Assembly: GCA_015134435.1 (NCBI GenBank)
Contig: CP043989.1
Location: 30,001-62,000 of the forward strand
Source: Candidatus Saccharimonadota bacterium
Lineage (GTDB): Bacteria > Pseudomonadota > Gammaproteobacteria > Enterobacterales > Enterobacteriaceae
DNA: 32,000 nt
Reading direction: 5' to 3'
Part shown: one piece after another, positions 27,966 to 32,000 of the stretch
Layout of the letters: the number at the start of each line of letters is the position of its first letter
Numbering within the stretch: position 1 is the first letter of the stretch
Translations under genes and position numbers: made by a program
The notes under the pieces: model-generated
Told to the model about the DNA's origin: nothing
Database searches by the model: none
What the model saw: the letters and a program-made list of their open reading frames with translations, nothing else

Positions 27966-28615
27966 TTATCATATAATTGGTTTTTTTTTATTTTTAATTA
28001 AAAAATCATTAGTTTTTTTAAAATGATTACAGTTTAAAAAACTTTTTTTAAAAGATAAATTAGATGGATGAGAAGATATTAAAATTAAATGTTTTTTTTT
28101 ATTAATTAAATGAAATTTTTTTTTAGCATAATTACCTCATAATAAAAATACAATATTATTATTATATTTATTTATATATTTTATTATATTATTTGTAAAT
28201 ATTTCTCATCCTATATTTTTATGTGATAATTTTTTTTTATATTCTACAGTTAATATACTATTTAATAATAATACACCTTGTTTAGTTCAATTTATTAAAT
28301 ATCCATTTTTAGGAATTATAAAATTTTTATATTCATTTTTTATTTCTCTATATATATTTTTTATTGATGAAGTATTTTTAATATTAGGTAATAAAGAAAA
28401 AGAAAGTCCATGAGATTGATTTTTATTACAATAAGGATCTTGTCCTAAAATTACTACTTTAATATTTTTAAATTTTGTTAATTTAAAAGCTTCAAATATT
28501 TTTTTTTTTTTGGATATATTATTTTTTTTTTATATTCTTTATTTAAAAATTTTTTAATTTTTATAAAATATTTTTTTTTTTTTTCAATTTTTATAATTTT
28601 TTTTCAATTTATCAT
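27966..28615 (-). CDS. ung: uracil-DNA glycosylase, interrupted by a frame change in a poly(A) tract (intact only with slippage; otherwise a pseudogene)
   Basis: Not in the ORF track. The frame below 28529 encodes IFEAFKLTKFKNIKVVILGQDPY...HGLSF...GVLLLN...VFLLWG...SSHPSNLS...FLNCNHF, ending TGA TAA (stop is the complement of 27966-27968). The N-terminal 35 codons (MINWKKIIKIEKKKKYFIKIKKFLNKEYKKKIIYP, ATG is the complement of 28613-28615) are in a different frame. They match the E. coli Ung N-terminus (...LTW...PYFLNTL...TIYPPQKDVFNAF). The frames meet in a run of 13 T (plus strand 28499-28511). The total length is 650 nt, not a multiple of 3. Confidence 0.8.
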
Positions 28616-29469
28616 TTTTTATTTTTTTTTATATGTATATATAATTTTATTTTTTTTTTATAATTAAAATATTTTTTTATATCTTTTTTTGATAAATAAC
28701 TTATATATTTTATTTTATTTCCTGATTTTCCTATTATTATATTATAATGTTGTTTTTTTTTTATATTTATATTACAAAATATTATTTTTTTATTTTTTAA
28801 ATTAATTATTTTTTTTATTTTTATTGATATTGAATATGGTATTTCATCTCCTGTAAATTTAAAAAATTTTTCTCTTATTATTTCTTTAATTATAAATTTT
28901 GAATTATGTATTGTTTTTATTTTTTTTTTAAAATAATGTTGTGATTTTATTAAAAAATTATTTATTATATTTTGTAAATATTTTATATATTTTTTTTTTT
29001 TTATACAAATTGGTATAATATTTTTATGTTTTATATTATTTTTTATTTTTTTTATTAAAGGTAATATATTTTTTTTATTTTTTATTTTATCTATTTTATT
29101 TATTAATATAATTATAGGAATTTTTATAAAATTTATTTTATTTATTATTTTTTTTTCATAAAAAAAAATATTTTTTTCTATTAATATTATTATTAAATTT
29201 ATTTTTTTTTTAATATTTATATATTTTTTTAAAATATTATTTATATTATATAATAATTTTTTAAATTTTATATAATTATTTATTCCAGGAGTGTCAATAT
29301 ATATATATTGATTATTTTTTATTGTATTTATACCTATTATATATTTTTTAGTAGTATTTTTTTTTTTTGATGTAATAGATATTTTTTTATTAATTAATTT
29401 ATTAAATAAAGTAGATTTTCCTACATTTGATTTACCAATTATAGCAATATAAATACATTTTTTATGCAT
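28609..29469 (-). CDS. era: GTPase Era
   Basis: G1 (GKSNVGKST), G3 (DTPG) and G4 (NKID) motifs are present, with a KH-like C-terminal part. The gene follows rnc as in the rnc-era operon. The ORF-track end at 28612 is a TGA, followed immediately by TAA (complement of 28609-28611). Confidence 0.9.
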
Positions 29470-29470
29470 T

Positions 29471-30148
29471 TTAAATTAAACCCAAATTTATTAATATATT
29501 TTTTGCTGCTATTTGTTCAGCATTTTTTTTATTATAACTTATTCCTTTACTAATTTTATTAAAATTTTTTATTTTACAATATATAGTAAATATTTGTTTA
29601 TGATCTTTTCCTTTAGTTTTACCTAAATAATATTTAGGTAAAGGTAATTTTATTTTTTGTAAATATTCTTGTAATATAGTTTTATAATCTTTAAAATTAT
29701 ATTTTTTATTTAAAATTTGATTTTTAAAAAATAAATATTTTATTATTTTTTCTATAATTTTTATATTTTTGCTATCTATAAATATTGCTCCTATTATAGC
29801 TTCTAATGTATTTGCTAATATTGATTTTTTATATATTTTTTTATTATTTTTAATTTCACCATTTCCAAGTAATATATATTTATATAATTTAATTTTAATT
29901 GCTATTTTAAATAAATTTTTTTTATTTACTAATTTAGATCTTATCCTTGTCATTGTACCTTCTTGAAAATTATAAAATTTTTTATATATTTTATTTGTAA
30001 TAATAAAATTTAATATTGAATCTCCTAAAAATTCTAATCTTTCATTATGATTATTATTATAACTTCTATGTGTTAAAGATAAAATTAATATTTTTTTATT
30101 AATAAATTTATATTTAATTTTTTTTTCTAAAAAATGTATTTTAATCAT
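29471..30148 (-). CDS. rnc: ribonuclease III
   Basis: The product is 225 aa. The RNase III signature ERLEFLGDSILNFII is present, and a C-terminal dsRBD ends in ...KNAEQIAAKNIL. The stop is a genuine TAA, 1 nt before the era start. Confidence 0.95.
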   Translation of the reverse strand: MIKIHFLEKKIKYKFINKKILILSLTHRSYNNNHNERLEFLGDSILNFIITNKIYKKFYNFQEGTMTRIRSKLVNKKNLFKIAIKIKLYKYILLGNGEIKNNKKIYKKSILANTLEAIIGAIFIDSKNIKIIEKIIKYLFFKNQILNKKYNFKDYKTILQEYLQKIKLPLPKYYLGKTKGKDHKQIFTIYCKIKNFNKISKGISYNKKNAEQIAAKNILINLGLI

Positions 30149-30155
30149 AAAATTT

Positions 30156-31040
30156 TTAAATAATTTTACCTATTCTATTAAATCTTATTCCAGTTGGAAA
30201 AAAATTTTCTTGTTTTTTTATACTTATTAATATATATTCAGCTTTACCTATAATTAAATTTTTATTTATAAATCCTAAATATCTACTATCTTCACTATTA
30301 TCTCTATAATCTCCCATAACAAAATACATATTTTTAGGTATAATTCATATTTTTTTTTTATTTTTTTTTATATTTTTATTTTTATATAAAGTTAATAATA
30401 TTTTATGATTATTATTTTGAATATATTCTATTTTTTCTATTAAAAAAATAATTTTTGAAAATATTTTTTTATTTAATTTAATAAAATTAATATTATTAAT
30501 ATTTCAAAAATTTTCATATATATTATTATTAATAATATATATTTCTTCTATTAATTTACTTAATAATATATTTTTATATTTAACTATATTTTTTTTATTA
30601 TATTTTTTTTTAATATTATTATATTTATATATATATATTTTTTTATTTTTTTTATTATATATAATTTTATCGTTAGGTAATCCAATTATACGTTTTATAT
30701 AATTTATATTTTTATTTTTTGGATATTTAAATACAATTATATCTCCATATTTTGGTTTATTTATATTTATTATATTTTTATTATTAAATGGATTTTTTAT
30801 ATTATATTTTATTTTATTTACTAAAATTATATCTCCAATTAATAATGTTGGTAACATAGAAGCTGATGGTATTTGAAAAGATTCATATATAAATAATTTA
30901 ATTATAGATATAAATATTAATGTAATTAAAATTTTTTTAAATTTTATAAAATATATATTTTTTTTATTTTTTTTTTTAATATTAAATTTTATTATTAATA
31001 AATTTATTAATATAAATATAAATATTATTTTATTATACAT
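30156..31040 (-). CDS. lepB: signal peptidase I
   Basis: ORF-track 30504..31040 carries the N-terminal TM segment and the catalytic Ser region (IPSASMLPTLLIGDIILVNK, then GDIIVFKYP, YIKRIIGLPND). It ends at a TGA. Read through, it continues to WIIPKNMYFVMGDYRDNSEDSRYLGFINKNLIIGKA...FPTGIRFNRIGKII, matching the E. coli LepB C-terminus. The stop is TAA (complement of 30156-30158). Confidence 0.93.
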
Positions 31041-31058
31041 ATATATAATTTTTTATTT

Positions 31059-32000
31059 CTAAAATTTTATTTTTAATATTTTAAAATATATTTTTGGTGA
31101 TATTAAAATATTTCCTCTTTTTTTTAATTTTTTTTTACCTTTTTTTTGTTTATTTAATAATTTTTTTTTTCTTGTAATATCTCCTCCATAACATTTTGAA
31201 ATAACATTTTTTCTAAAAGATTTAATTGTAGATGAAGAAATTATTTTATTATTACATTTTGATTGTATTTTTATTTCAAATTGTTGTTTTTTAATATTAT
31301 TTTTTAAAATATTAATTATATTTTCGCTATATTTTTTAATATCTTTTTTATTTAATAATACTGAAAAACCTTCTAATTTATTATTATTTATTAAAATTTC
31401 TAATAAATTAATATTTGATTTTTTATATTTTTTAAATTTATATTCAAATGACGCATATCCTTGGGAAATAGATTTAATAATATTATTAAAATTTGTTATT
31501 ATTTCATATGTTGGTAATTCATATTTTAAATAAACATTATTATTATAATATAATATTTTTTTTTGTACACCTCTTTTATTTAAACATAATTTAATTATTT
31601 TACTTAAAAATATTTGAGGTGTTATTATATTACATATTGATATAGGTTCTTGTATTTCTTTTATATTGTTTTTTAATGGCAATTTATTTGGATTTTCTAT
31701 ATATAATATTTTTTTTTTTTTTGTAATAACTTTATAAATTACATTAGGAGATGTTATTATTATATTTAAATTATATTCTTTTTTTAATCTTTCTTTTATT
31801 ATTTCTATATGTAAAATTCCTAAAAATCCACATCTAAATCCATTTCCTAATAAATATGAATTTTCTGGTTTAAATGTAAAAGAATAATCATTTAAACTTA
31901 ATTTTTCTATTGATTTTTTAAAATATATAAAATTTTTATTATTTTCAGGATATAAACTAGCATATATTTTAGATTTTGTTTTTTTAAATTTTGGTATTTC
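31059..32000 (-). CDS. lepA: elongation factor 4 (LepA), 5'-truncated by the window edge
   Basis: The minus-strand frame is open from 32000. It reads ...YASLYPENN...[59 protein letters not shown]... This matches E. coli LepA ([25 protein letters not shown]). The C-terminal [24 protein letters not shown] motif is present. The stop is TAG (complement of 31059-31061). Confidence 0.95.
   Translation of the reverse strand, partial: [313 protein letters not shown]

Noticed and set aside
29769-29966. A 65-aa plus-strand ORF from the track.
   Set aside because: It lies entirely antisense within rnc, which has clear RNase III motifs. It has a low-complexity hydrophobic translation and no recognisable motif, so it is a by-product of AT-rich sequence.

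Overview
This window looks like an ordinary but extreme piece of a highly reduced, very AT-rich endosymbiont chromosome in which UGA encodes Trp (translation table 4-like). By eye it is well over 85% A+T; this was not computed. The style resembles the tiny AT-rich UGA=Trp insect symbionts of the Zinderia/Nasuia type, but I cannot confirm identity without a database search. Reading TGA as Trp fuses the fragmented ORF-track pieces into intact housekeeping genes. It also exposes genes the track misses. On the + strand: dnaG (5' partial), rpoD, frr, bamA, dnaE, rpmB, rpmG, holB, tRNA-Leu/Gln/Met, miaB, ybeZ, ybeY, secE, nusG, rplK, rplA, rplJ, rplL, rpoB, rpoC and trpS. On the - strand: an ahpC-like peroxiredoxin, and a lepA (partial)-lepB-rnc-era-ung block. 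I found no mobile elements, CRISPR arrays, defence genes or unexplained multi-gene system, and essentially every coding stretch is accounted for by a recognisable core gene. The most notable observations are: (1) the recoding itself; (2) ung split by a frame change inside a 13-nt poly(A) tract, a candidate for slippage rescue, early pseudogenisation or a homopolymer sequencing error; (3) the frr...bamA...dnaE neighbourhood collapsed to three genes, with almost G/C-free spacers where envelope-biosynthesis genes normally sit; (4) UGA codons at apparent gene ends, which shift annotated stops; (5) three tRNAs without encoded CCA and with non-canonical pairs.
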